This document shows, piece by piece, positions 13,241-25,927 of a stretch of DNA of 64,000 bases; position 1 is the first letter of the stretch, and every line of letters starts with the position of its first letter. The position numbers and the translations under genes are program-made. The DNA comes from Eledone cirrhosa (Eukaryota). The notes under the pieces were generated by a model. That model saw only the letters and a program-made list of their open reading frames with translations. It made no database searches and was not told the DNA's origin. Location: positions 199,020,001 to 199,084,000 of the forward strand of contig OZ024741.1 of NCBI GenBank assembly GCA_964016885.1, read 5' to 3'.

Positions 13241-14285
13241 AGATGACTTTCATTGCACTACTTAGCAAAAGTAAAATTATGTTGGAAGGTTTAAATTTAG
13301 ATACAAACCCTTTTGTAATAGGTGGTTTTCTGTCATAGAACCAGTAGTAATATTAGGTGAGTTGGTATCAAAATGATGTCATCATCATCATCAAAATGTT
13401 GATGATGATGACAATGCATCTGGTGGTGATGGTTTTATGTACCAAAGTAGATGACAAACTTTGTTTAAGGAACGTCTATGAACATGTGTGTATGTACCAT
13501 AGCATCAGCCCATAGCACCTTCTATAAATTGTTTGAATGTAAAATAGTTATAAGTGAAAGCTCCACTCTTGTCACTACTCTGAATTTATTATTCTTTCTA
13601 TGTTCTATATCATCTCTCATGCTCTCTATCCTTTTCTGTCTCTTTGTTTACCCACCCAATCTCTCTTGCTCTATGTATATATGTATGTATATATATGTAA
13701 GTGTATATGCATGTATTTGTGTGTAGTATATGTATGAATGTGTTTGTATATATACATCATCATCATCATTGTTTAACGTCCATTTTCCATATATGTATAT
13801 ACTATATATTATACCTAAATATAATTTCTATAAATGAAGCTCTGAAAATTTGATTTTTTGTCCTTATATTCGAGAGCTATTTATGGTGTAATATGACAGA
13901 AATAATTTATTTTGATCTCTCTCTCTCTAAGTGTTTTGTCTCTTACTCCACTGGACAGTGTTTGGCTTATATCAGACACTGTGGCCCCGGATGGACCAAC
14001 AGTACCATTGGTAGGGGCCGAATTTGCCCAAGTCCATCTCTACAGCCAATGACCATGTAGTCCTGTGTCCTTCATTTGTATTTTTATTTTTTTAAAATAA
14101 TTTTCAAGGTTTCCCTTTAAAAAAATGTTTTTTATTTTGTTTTGTTTCTGTTCATTGTCTTGCCTTCTCTTTGTTAATTTTCTGAAGTTTATATAAGTGA
14201 GGTTCTTCACTATTTTTATTTTCATCTTGTATTTATTCCACTCATTCTTGTAGAAATGTGTTAGATGAATCTTTAATATTCATCT

Positions 14286-14361
<76 letters not shown>

Positions 14362-14650
14362 GTATATATGTATATGTGTGTGTATGATTTCCATACACTA
14401 TATTTTCCTTAACACATGCATCCTTACTGGTCAGCACATACTTATGGATAAGCCTAAACCCCAAAACATTACTATTATTATTATTATTTTTAATATTATT
14501 AGTAACTTCAGTATTTTTATATTTAATCGTTTTTCTACTGTTATTATCATTTTCCATATATGGTAGCTGGAAATTATTTGGCTATTATAAAAAGAATTTC
14601 ACAGCAAGAATATGGTTTTTCCATAACAAGAATTTGTTCTTGCTCCACAT

Positions 14651-14840
14651 AATTGTTTCTACTTTTGGCACAAGGCCAGCAATTGCCTTGTACATTACTG
14701 GTACTTTATTTTATCGACCCTGTAAGGATGAAAGGCAAAGTTAACCTCAGCAGGATTCAAACTCAGAATGGCAAGGACCGTAACTCTATGCGTCAAAGCA
14801 TGGCGTCCGACCCTCTACCGATACTGCCCATCCACCGCAG
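14651..14840 (-). mobile_element. SINE family A with target-site duplication
   Basis: TTCTTGCTCCACATAAT duplicated at 14637-14653 and 14841-14857. Confidence 0.92.
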
Positions 14841-15094
14841 TTCTTGCTCCACATAATGATGTGATTTTCCTTGCATCCATTTTGCTGATCTCAAGAAAAC
14901 GTCTTCACGCATTTACCATTATGTCTTTCTGTTTTCTAAAGGCAATATTTGGTTGTATTTTTTATATTTTTAAATATTTATTCTGAATCTACAGATTAAT
15001 TTTTCTCAGTTTCAAAGTATCCTGCTTAGAGTGAAAGCAGAAATTGCTAAACTTTTAATCTGTATTAAATTAATAATAAATATTTGCTCTATGG

Positions 15095-15134
<40 letters not shown>

Positions 15135-15206
15135 ACCCTAATCGAGCCCTCTTTAGATTTCGGTCTTTGTATTTATTTTTATTATTATTATTATTATATA
15201 TATAAA

Positions 15207-15400
15207 GGCGGTGGATTGGCAGTATCGGTAGAGGGTCGGACGCCATGCTTTGCAGCAAAGAGTTACAGCCTTTTATGGACTGAGTTCAAATCCCGCTGAG
15301 GTTAACTTTGCCTTTCATCCTTACAGGGTCAATAAAATAAAGTACCAGTAATACACTTGGATAATTGCTGGCGTTGTGCCAAAAGTAGAAACAATTATTA
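15207..15400 (+). mobile_element. SINE family A, full length
   Basis: GGCGGTGGATTGGCAGTATCGG head through the AGAAACAATTATT tail. Confidence 0.9.
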
Positions 15401-16326
15401 TTATACATATATATACATAGATAAATAGATAGATATATAGATATAAGTAGTGATATTGAATGTATAAAAACAGTTCAGAGATTATAATATAAGATTTTGT
15501 TATACACACACATGGACACTTATAATCTATATCTGAATTGGCGTAATGTATCCCACCAGCACTACTAGTATTTTTAGTATCATTTACATTAAGATAAATT
15601 ACACAGTTCTAATATTAAAGACACCAATGATTGCCAACAAAATTTGATGTTGAAATAAAAGTTCTCAGAATTGTGTAATATAACTCTATTTTGATATTGG
15701 AAACAGGACTACTTAATAATTCTACTGTGTCTCGATTTTTTTAATTGTTTGCAGATCAAGTTTTTCTGTCCCACTCCCCTCTACCTAGCTAACTCACAGT
15801 TTATATGATTATATTAACAATCGTATACGTTACTAATAGCAATCATACATTGAATAATTACAGAGCAATCTTGTATCTGGTTGTAAACAAAAGGAAGTTG
15901 TAAAATCAAACATTATTCCTTAGCACACTTCTTGACTATCGTTTACAGTGTAACTAAAAACCTTTGTGATACATAACTCTGATAGGCTCATCCAGAGGAA
16001 GTTCATCTCATCTGGCTTTGTAATTAAATAACAGTGCCTGTTGCCATATGTAGGGCAGTGATAAGGCTGCTGTGTTGATTTTGTTGATTTCTTTTTTTAA
16101 GTGAAGGTGGTGGGTTGGGAGAGCTGACTGCTGATATATATTTCCAGAGAGGTGGGAGGGAGAGAGAGTAGTAAGGGTGGCAAGGAGAGATGCTTGTGAT
16201 TATGAATGACATGCTGTTCCTTGGTGATTTTAACTCCCACAGAGTTAAGTAATATGTCAATGTTTTATTAATGATTTCTTCCACTTTGGATTATCATCAC
16301 CTGTTTGTTTTTACTTTAAATATCCT

Positions 16327-16778
16327 TTAACTCTTTTGTTACCATATTTCTAATGAAAGGCTGCTTATAATTTTCAAATAATTTAACCCTTTAATGTTCA
16401 AACCGGCCAGAACCGGCCAGAATTCTTTACTTCTTTCTTGTTGAAACTTGTTGTAACCGGTTGCTCAAACTGATGTTAAGGTATTGTTCTCAAAATAAAT
16501 ACTTTTAAAATATCATAGATTCGATATTATGTGAGATAATTTTGCGAGATAAAGCCTATACGATGAAAATATAATAATATATATAGAGTAATGTGAATGC
16601 TAAAGGGTTAAAATATAATCAAGTTTTGGATGGATTTAGTAAATTATTTTTCTCATTAAGTTGGTGTTCTTTTATAAAATGATAATGGAAACTTATAAAT
16701 ATAAACACTTTAAAACAAATAGACTTGTATTGTAAAACTACGGGTGGTTTGAAACAGTTTGGTATAAAGAAGGGTTAA
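16327..16778. mobile_element. piggyBac-like MITE with a second TTAA MITE nested at 16383-16610
   Basis: Outer TTAACTCTTT..AAGGGTTAA and inner TTAACCCTTTA..TAAAGGGTTAA. The inner family recurs at 46617-46844. Confidence 0.6.
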
Positions 16779-17035
16779 GTGACGTTTTTTTTCCATTTCA
16801 GTTTCTCTTCTTTTGTGTTTCTTAGGCAGCGAACAAACTTGTAACTTAAAGAGATTTCAAGGTTGTTTTTGTAATTATTTTATACTACCTCATACCATTA
16901 AAACTGCAAGCACCATTACATGGAGGGTCTCCGAGATCAATCTTGCAAGGTAGAACCAAACTACTTACAGGCTCCCAGGGCTGAGGTGAATGCTCCTCTT
17001 GAAAGATTCAGTCGAAATAGAGCTTAAATGACCAA

Positions 17036-18885
17036 ATGTGTAATTTCAATAAAGATTATGATATTGTCAGGGAGAAGTGTGTACTTAATGATGATGGTGT
17101 ACTTGCCATCACTGACGCTGATAAGAAGGTAGCTTGGAAGTGTCGCTACGAAAGGCTACTAAATGAGGAGAATAAATGGGAGAAAGACAGTCTCCCCCAC
17201 ATCGACCCAATAGAGGGACCAGCAGTGTTAGTCGAAGGTAGTATAATAAGTAAGGCAATCAAAGATATGAAGACGGGTAAGGCGGCTGGGCCTTCGGAAA
17301 TAGTTGCTGAAATGCTGAAAGCCTCTGGAACGGTGGAACACACCATGGTCACCCGGATAGTAAACCAAGTCATACAGAATGGGGTTGTTCCGAAGGACTG
17401 GCGTAGCAGCATCATCATTAACTGCTACAAGGGTAAAGGAGATGCCCTAGATAGGAGTAACTATAGAGGCATTAAATTAATCGACCAGGTCATGAAGGTC
17501 ACAGAAAAAGTAATACCGCAACTAATCAGAGAGAGAATTGATCTAGATGAAATGCAGTTCGGGTTTGTGTCAGGTAAAAGTACTACATACGCTCTTTTCA
17601 TTGTACGACAACTACAGGAGAAGTACCTAGCTAAAAGTAAACCCCTATACTTAGCTTTTGTCGACTTGGAGAAAGCCTTCGACAGAGTCCCCCGTTCCAT
17701 TATCTGGTGGGCTCTTAGAAAACTAGGTGTTGATGAATGGCTTGTGAGAGCTGTACAGGCCATGTATAAAGAAACAGTCAGCAAGGTTAGAATTAACAAC
17801 GAATATAGTGAAGAGATTAGCGTAAAAGTTGGTGTTCATCAGGGCTCCGTTCTTAGCCCCCTACTATTTATTATTGCCCTTCAGGCTATAACAGTGGAGT
17901 TCAAGACCGGCTGCCCATGGGAACTCCTATACGCAGATGATCTAACGCTCATAGCTGAATCAATAGCTGAACTAGAGAAGAAATTCCAAGCATGGAAGCA
18001 CGGCCTAGAATCAAAAGGCCTTAAAATTAACCTGTCTAAGACTAAAGTTCTAGTTTGTAGGAAGGAAAATAGGGCACTGGTCCCATCCGGGAAATGGCCA
18101 TGCTCAGTGTGTAGGAAAGGAGTAGGTAGAAACTCCATTTTATGTCCCAAATGCAAAGTATGGGTACATAAAAGATGTAGTGGGATCACAGGTAAGCTAA
18201 CTAAGAACATAGATTTTATATGTGGCCGGTGCTCTGGTGCAATAAGTAGCAGCAAGTGCCCACAGAATACTAGCTCTTTCAATTGCACAATGGTTCTATA
18301 GAAATAGTGGACAGCTTCCGTTACCTGGGTGACAAAATCAGCAGTGGGGGAGGGTGCTCTGAAAGTACAGTAGCTAGAGTCAGAACTGGTTGGAAAAAGT
18401 TCAGAGAGCTTATACCACTATTAGCCGCTAAAGGGTTCTCCCTAAAAATGAAAGGCAGGCTGTATGATGCCTGCATACGAACAGCAATGTTGCATGGCAG
18501 TGAGACCTGGGCATTGTGTGCAGAGGATATATGCAGACTAGAGAGGAGCGAAGCTTGCATCCTCTGCTGGATGTGTAATAGTAATATACGTGAACGGCAA
18601 AGCATAAACGAACTAAGGGAAAAATTAGAAATAAGAGGGATCAGATGTTGTTTACTCGAGAGAAGGCTACGTTGGTATGGCCACGTGATTCGCATGAAAG
18701 ACGACAGCTGTATAAAAAAGTGCAGGGCAATAAAAATAGACGGTAGCCACGGAGTAGGCAGACCCAGAAAAACCTGGGACGACTTGATAAATTCCGACCT
18801 CACACACTTGCACCTCTCCAAGACAATGTCACTGGACCGAGATCTTTGGCGCTACACAGTAATAGAGAAGACCCGCCTTACCTAA
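17036..18885 (+). pseudogene. RTE-clade LINE ORF2: reverse transcriptase with an inserted PHD finger, one frameshift near 18283-18301, 5'-truncated (no endonuclease domain)
   Basis: NYRGIKL, QFGF, AFVDLEKAFD, GVHQGSVLSP, LYADD, GLKINLSKT, C4HC3 finger, FRYLG, MLHGSETW, RRLRWYGHV and GRPRKTW. Confidence 0.95.
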
Positions 18886-19302
18886 ATATAAAGTAAAACC
18901 TACTACAGTCAGTAGGCACCTCTAACAAAATACACTACCCCCACCCCATCCACACTACCCCCACCCCATCCACACTACCCCCACCCCATCCACACCACCC
19001 CTTTCAATGTAAAGGTATGTTGGTACCACAACATCCAGGCCGAAACAAATGAGGTCATGTAGGTGTCACGACAAAAAAACACACAGTCCACGCTGTAATG
19101 TGGCCGTGTAGGTAACACGGTAAAAACCTCCCAGTTCCACACTGTAAATGTGGTTGGTGTTAGGAAGGGCATCCAGCCGTAGAAAACCCGCCAGACAGTC
19201 CTATGCGAGCAAGACAACCACTTTTGCCTCAAGTGGGAAAACTCCCGTCCAAACCCATGCAAGCGTGGAATATGGACGTTAAACGATGATGATGATGATG
19301 AT
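18886..19302 (+). mobile_element. 3' UTR of the RTE LINE with three 20-bp C-rich repeats and an (ATG)n tail shared with SINE family B
   Basis: CACACTACCCCCACCCCATC repeats, then GGTGTTAGGAAGGGCATCCAGCC...GGACGTTAAACGATGATG, matching the SINE B tails. Confidence 0.85.
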
Positions 19303-20161
19303 TATGGCATGACATATTTTAAAGTTCTAGTTTTTCCTTCTTTGTAGAAAAATATGGTTATGATAAAATATGAACCATGTAGATAGCTTTTGGTGTATGA
19401 TTTTGAAAGCATAATTGAACACTGAATAATCTCTTGATATCCAAATATGACCACTGGTAAACTTTTGTAAATGATTTATTCAATGCCCAGTATTTTTTCT
19501 GGCAATGCTTGATTTTATATTCTGTTTTGAGACTTGGTAGAGTTTTTAAATGTTTTAGTACATTTGAGTTTGCTGTCAACAGTATTTTCCAAGTAACACA
19601 AACATTTGGAAATGTTGTATAGTTAATTAATAAATTTAGCAAGTCTAAAAGTTTCAGTTCTAGTTTTGCAAAATTATCTTTATGTATTGATGGTAAGGTA
19701 GCAAATTGGTAGAGTCATTAGGGTGTCGGATTAAAAATACTTTGCAATATTTCTTCTGGTCTATTACGATCTGAGTTCAAATCTCACTGAGATCAAAATA
19801 GCCTTCATTCTTTTAAAGTACCAATCTAGTACTGGGGTTGACTCTCTCTTACTCTGGAAGAAATTGGCTGTATTGCAGCCTGGAGAGGAATAGACTCTGT
19901 CAAGTTTAAAAGTGCATAAGACCTGCCTTATGTGACTTATCGACTCCGTAAGGATGAAAGGCATTTTCCCATGCTTGCATGAGTTAGATGAGTCCTTCCT
20001 AGCACAGCATCTCTCTGTGTTTCGTTTTTTAGTCATCTCCTTTGTGAGGTTTAGTTTTTTGAAACAGTTCTCTAGTGTTGGTACCACAATAAAATGTACT
20101 CAGTTTCTGTAAATATGTTTGAAATTATATTTCATTTTCTATAACTATTAGCATTATTATT

Positions 20162-20348
20162 GTGGATTGGCAATATCGGTAGAACGTCAGACACCTTGCT
20201 TTGCAGCATTGAGTTATGACCCTTTACGTTCTGAGTTCAAATCCAGTCAAGGTTAATTTTACCTTTCATCCTTACAGGGTCAATAAAATTAAGTACCAGT
20301 AATGCACTGGGTAATTGCTGGCCTTGTGCCAAAAGTAGAAACAATTAT
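20162..20348 (+). mobile_element. SINE family A
   Basis: Matches the family consensus. Confidence 0.88.
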
Positions 20349-20824
20349 TTTTATGTTTTACAGATTTCTCATGATAAAGTTTATGCATGATTGTTATCCC
20401 ACATTTACAAGACTTGCATACTACACTATAATCATTCCACAGAAGTAATTCGAAATAGTTTTCTCAATCCTTGTGATAACATCTGTCACCAATTGTTAAT
20501 AGAATTAGGAAAAAGTTTACAATAAAGGAACACTACTATTACTGTAGTAAATAGAATTCACTGAACATCAATAGGAAGTTTAAAAAAATTATCAATCCTC
20601 TGTCGAAATATAAATGAAAATAAGAGAAATATTTAAGAAATGAATTTTAACATATCTGATGTAGTGGGTTCTTTTTTTTCTTTTTTTTTGCATTAATCAG
20701 AATAAAAATAAACCCCCATCTATGTTAACATTTTTGATACCAAACTGCCTGAAACTGCCCCTGGTTCTATGATACAAAGATGTTTGCTTTAAAGTGTTAT
20801 ATATATGTATGTATATATATACTG

Positions 20825-20857
<33 letters not shown>

Positions 20858-21141
20858 ATATATATATATATACAGTATATAGGAGTGAAAGGCCTCCAGT
20901 TGAAAAAAAACCTGCAGCTTTGGAAGCATCCGATGATATTGACCAGTTCTCTTTTTCGGGTAGTGTTTTCAATGCTCAGAGAGTGCAACGCCTTCCCCTA
21001 CTTAAAAAAACCTTCAAAGCACAGGCATTGCTTGTTCAGGAAATGTTATTGGTTTGTGTGGCTGGCCGTAGCAAAATCCACTTGCATTGAGCGCTCTACC
21101 CTGCATACTGAAATGTTGGTAACTGACCAACACATGCTCAA

Positions 21142-21182
<41 letters not shown>

Positions 21183-21328
21183 TTTTGAGTTTATGTTGGT
21201 TGTATACCAACACCTCAGTATGCAGGCTGGAGCACTCAACGAAGTGTGCAGGTTGGTTTCGTTACTCCGGAGTAGTGTAAAATAAAGTTAAATAAAAGTC
21301 AAATGATTAAAATTTAGCTTCGTTTATT

Positions 21329-21383
21329 ACTGCTATATATATTTCAGTGACAGCCATCTTTGGCTGTGACCTCTTCAGGCAGT
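21329..21383 (-). ncRNA. minimal type I hammerhead ribozyme (predicted)
   Basis: Minus strand: ACUGC-CUGAAGA-G-GUCACAGCC aaagau GGCUGUCAC-U-GAAA-UAUAUA-UA-GCAGU, followed immediately by AAUAAA. Confidence 0.75.
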
Positions 21384-21490
21384 TTGAATTAGTGTGGTAT
21401 AGACAAGTACATATGTTGTTGAGGTGTATAATATTGTCAATACTCTGATATGCCCAGTTCCTTGTTGGGTTGTTAATTCACTGAGGAACT

Positions 21491-21610
<120 letters not shown>

Positions 21611-21739
21611 AGAATTAGGATTTATCTTCGAGTATAGCTGTATACAAATATGTATTGGAATTTCGTATTTCTAAAGAAATGGAGTATGTTTATAAATAAA
21701 CATTTAGAAAGCCATAGCTATGCACAAACACTAGTGGTG

Positions 21740-21830
21740 TCCAGCAGAAGCAAGGAGGACAATCGCCGATGCATTTCGAATTGAACTAGTTCTCATCAGG
21801 ACGATCCCTTCCGCTCTTGCAACTGCTGGA
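21740..21830 (-). ncRNA. minimal type I hammerhead ribozyme with extended stem I (predicted)
   Basis: Minus strand: GAUCGUC-CUGAUGA-GAA..UUC-GAAA-UGCA-UC-GGCGAUU, with outer helices GCAAG/CUUGC and UCCAGCAG/CUGCUGGA. Confidence 0.8.
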
Positions 21831-21916
21831 CTTGAAAACAAACAAGAATATATAGTTTTCTTGTCTGTTTATTTATAAACAAACCGTATTTCTTTACAAA
21901 TATGAAATTCCAATAC

Positions 21917-21948
<32 letters not shown>

Positions 21949-22026
21949 ATGTATATGTATAATAGGGTGTTTATAGAAGCATATACTATAGCGTGGAAGA
22001 ACGGACGTAAAATGGTGATGATGATG

Positions 22027-22161
22027 ATACTATATGTTTATATACAATAACCATATGGGAGCCTCGCTATCAATGAAAAAATACTTTTTCTAAATGAAAA
22101 AATTTTTTTTTCCTTTGATAGTGAGGCTCCCATATGTTTATTGTATATAAACATATAGTAT
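22027..22161. repeat. fold-back inverted repeat (about 55-bp arms)
   Basis: ATACTATATGTTTATATACAATAACCATATGGGAGCCTCGCTATCAA versus TTGATAGTGAGGCTCCCATATGTTTATTGTATATAAACATATAGTAT. Confidence 0.85.
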
Positions 22162-23739
22162 ATGCTTTAATATACATCTTATTATGCTTAATGATGCCTT
22201 AGTGCTACTGCCTATATATATATATATATCATCATTTAAGATCTATTTTCCCTGCCTGCATGGTTTAAACAATATGTGTATGTGGGTGTACACACACAGC
22301 AAGAATTGCAATTTTCAGATAAGAATAATTGATAAAAGAACTTTTTCTGATTCAAACATCCTGTAATAGTTTGCTGTGAAATGCCATTGGACAAGTTAAC
22401 ATTATTGACATATTGATATTTCCTGCTCTCTCTGACAACTGATTAGCTTTGATAGCGCTCTTGAGAGTTTATTAACTGTTTCTGTTAAAATAGTGCACTT
22501 GCAAAACACAGTTTTCTGTTGAAGTAACTGTTATTGCAGCTAGTTAGAAAAAAAAATTTGACATTACAAATAATTTCTAATTTCCAGACTAAAAAATCTA
22601 TGCTAGTATGCCTTCAGTTTTATGTTTAATTTTTCATGGTACTTAAATGGTTGATTGTTTGTGAAATTTCCCTGAATATTAAGACAGAGGAGCCTAATTC
22701 CTGAATCATGTTATATATACTGTGAAGTGTGTGAATGCTACTGTATTTAAAGTAGTGAGCTAAGAAATTTTAATTTATTGAAATTACACTCACTGTGATA
22801 AGAAATTATCATCACCATTATCACCATTTAACATCTATTTTCCATGCTTGCATGGGTTAGATGAATTGTCACATTCTTAGGTTAGATCAGTCATATGACC
22901 ATATTGTGCTCATACATTCTGTTTTGGCTTGGTTTCTACAATTGGATGCCCTTCCTAATGCCAACACTTGTACTAGGAGAATTTTATTTTGACTCCAGCA
23001 CTACCACCTTACAGGGTGGATTGGATGCTTTTCATCGTGGCACCAGCACCACCACCTTATAAAGTGGACTGGGTACTTTTTGTCATTGCACCAACACTAC
23101 ACCTTTGTGGCCTAGTGGTAAGACTGTTGAACTTACAATCATAATGTCATGGGTTTGATTCCTGGACTGGGTTGTGTGTTGCATTCTTGAGCAAAATACT
23201 TCATTTCACATTGCTCCAGTATACTCAGCTGAAACTGAGTACCAGCAGCAACTGATGACTAACCTTTTTTAGACCAACACTCCCACCTTACAGGATGGGC
23301 TGCGTTGTTTTTGTCATGGCACCAACACTATCTCATTTCAAAACTAGGGTACTTGCTGTATTTTTGACCAAGCTCTAGAAGCAGTTATAAAAGTGGGGAA
23401 GTAGGATAATTTGCTCTGGCCAATAAAAGCATGAGAAACAATTCTTTGAAATTAAATTATTTCTAAATTAATTCAAAACAGAATGCAGTGAGGAGTGATT
23501 TTAAGTTTTCACTGTATGGTGACAACATCAGGCATGTTCTAGTCTTATTATACTTCCACAGTAAAAACATAGACTAATCATTACTGCAAATCTTAGATCC
23601 ACCTTTATTATCTCCATCATCTTCAGTATGTTATGAAGAAAGTCAGCAAAGAAACAGGGCTGGGATTGCAAAAAAAAAAAGAAAAAATTTCAAATACAAA
23701 CTACAAGTTTTCTCCTTTGAAATAATCCCCTTGAATCTA

Positions 23740-24391
23740 ATGGAAAACAGGTTGTACACAAAGATGCATAAGTCATCACCGATGATGACTCTCCCCAGCA
23801 AGTCTGGTTTCGGTTCAAGATGTTCAAGGATGTCTTGATTCACCTACATGCACTGCTCCTTCTGACCATTATTCAGTAGCTTTGGCACCATCTTCAGGCA
23901 GATCTTTGGTGATAATCTTCCAAATGCTGTTGTTGTTCATGCTCAGCTCACTTGTGATCAGTCGAACAGTCAGCTGACGATCGCCATGCACCATCTGTCT
24001 CATGTGCTCAATATTGGCCTCAGTCCTCGGGGTTGTCTTCCACATCCTCGTAACCCTCTTTGAACCTTTTGTGCCATTCAAAACCCCGTGAGCATGATAT
24101 TGTCTCATCTATATACACTTGCTGCAGTATTCTGAATGTTTCTGACGGAGTTTTCCCTAGCTCGACTGGAAATTTCAGTCTGGTTCCTTGCTCTGTGCCC
24201 ATTACTCAATGGCCTAAAATTAAGGAGCTGTTAACAAAAGCACATGAAAAAACATACAATGACTGCAGAAAGCTGAAATTGCAGTTATATACTCCTCAGA
24301 TATCATGTCACATGGTGACGCAACCTGCTAATCCCTTCCCCATTCATTGCTCACACAACCCACTAAATCCTGTTACTTTTCTGACACACCT

Positions 24392-24395
<4 letters not shown>
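23740..24395 (-). mobile_element. mariner transposon 5' half (degenerate transposase)
   Basis: EQ..LKF.VELGKTPSETFRILQQVY..E.ISCSRGFEWHKRFKEG.EDVED HTH, DRQLTVR and VIIGD first catalytic Asp region. Terminus GAGGTGTGTCAGAAAAGTAAC next to CA/TA repeats. Confidence 0.9.
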
Positions 24396-24425
<30 letters not shown>

Positions 24426-24427
24426 AT

Positions 24428-24736
24428 GTAGGAGGTGAGTTTTATTGTAGTACAATAAAGCAATGCAGATATCGGATAAGAAACACTCTACAGTTTGTAG
24501 GACTGGAGTATACATAATATATAAGATCAAAAGATGGTTAAATGAGTTCCATGTATTTTATTATGCGCATTTCAAAAATATGTTGATTTAAAACTGCACT
24601 ATCCACAAGTGTTTTTAACCTTCATATCATATCCTCTTATTTTATCTGATGAAAACACAAATGTTATTGCATGATGATATTTGTTTTTGAAATGCGCATA
24701 ATAAAATACATGGAACTCATTTCACCATCTTTTAAT

Positions 24737-24740
<4 letters not shown>
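24428..24740 (+). mobile_element. Penelope/retrozyme-like non-coding element with an inverted copy of its 3' end
   Basis: Flanked by (TA)n. About 24518-24579 is the reverse complement of 24684-24745. Homologous copy at 56811-56992. Confidence 0.7.
24638..24708 (+). ncRNA. type I hammerhead ribozyme (predicted)
   Basis: UAUUUUAU-CUGAUGA-(16-position stem II with one mismatch, loop GCAU)-GAAA-UGCGCA-UA-AUAAAAUA. Confidence 0.8.
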
Positions 24741-24816
<76 letters not shown>

Positions 24817-24820
24817 ATAT

Positions 24821-24877
<57 letters not shown>

Positions 24878-25927
24878 ACATATATATATTTGTTGGTGTC
24901 ATGATAAAATTTACCCAGAACACTGTAAAGTGATAGTGCCAGTGGCTCAATAAAATGCACCAAGTACATGAAAGACATCCAGCTGAAGAAATCATGTTTA
25001 AGATGGAATGTATGAGCAAAACATGGTCCTCCTGACTTCATTCAATCTTTGACCTTGGTAACGCTTGAGATCCATGCCAACATGGAAAATGGATGAAAGA
25101 TGATGTGTGTGTGTGTGTGTGTATGTGTGTCTGTTAAAATATTCATGAAGATGTTTAGCTACTGTTATTGGCAGATCAACTCTTAAATATAAGATTACAA
25201 TTTTATTTTAATATTAATCTCATCTTTAGAGATGAAAGATATTTGAGTTTTTGCATCTTCACCAGTTTTACCTCCTATTATTTGGAGTCTAAATAAATGA
25301 GACACGTGGTAGTGATTTGAGACCAAGCCAATCAAAATGTAATGAAGATAGAAGTTTCAAAACATTTTATATGACTAAAGAGTAACTTAACACCCTCAAA
25401 AGTTATAATTTTTAAGCCCTTTTGATACCAACTTACCCAAAACCATGCTAAATTTATGATTAAAAAATATACTTATTTTAAAATGTTTATTCTTATATTA
25501 AATTTCTCCAATATTTTCAAAATTAATCTAAACATATAGGTAGTGTATTTCATTAGAAATATGGTAATGGGAAGCTTAAATACACATCATCTCAAATATT
25601 TACATATTTAGTGAACTCTTGAACCCCACCCCACCAGCAAAAAAAAAAAGAACACAAAAACAACAAAATGATGGTAACTCCCAAGTTTAATATATCTAAC
25701 TCCATTATATATCAGGTTAGGTATGGTGGATTGGTAAAATCTTTAGAACATTGAACAAAATACTTTGTGGTAGTTAGTTTCAGCTTATTAGATTCTGAGG
25801 TCAACATTGCTTTTCATCCTTCTGAGATTGAACTAAAGTACCAGTCAAGTACTGGGGTCAATATGACCAACTTTCCCATCTGCACAATTTGTTGGCCTTG
25901 TGCCTAAATTATAAATCATTATATGTA

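Noticed and set aside
17146-18821. Minus-strand ORFs over the LINE
   Set aside because: Antisense shadows of the RT coding frame.
20364-20524. Possible host exon after a polypyrimidine-AG (similar candidates near 5800, 16826, 38314, 44726 and 51196)
   Set aside because: No recognisable protein similarity or consistent reading frame; would need transcript data.
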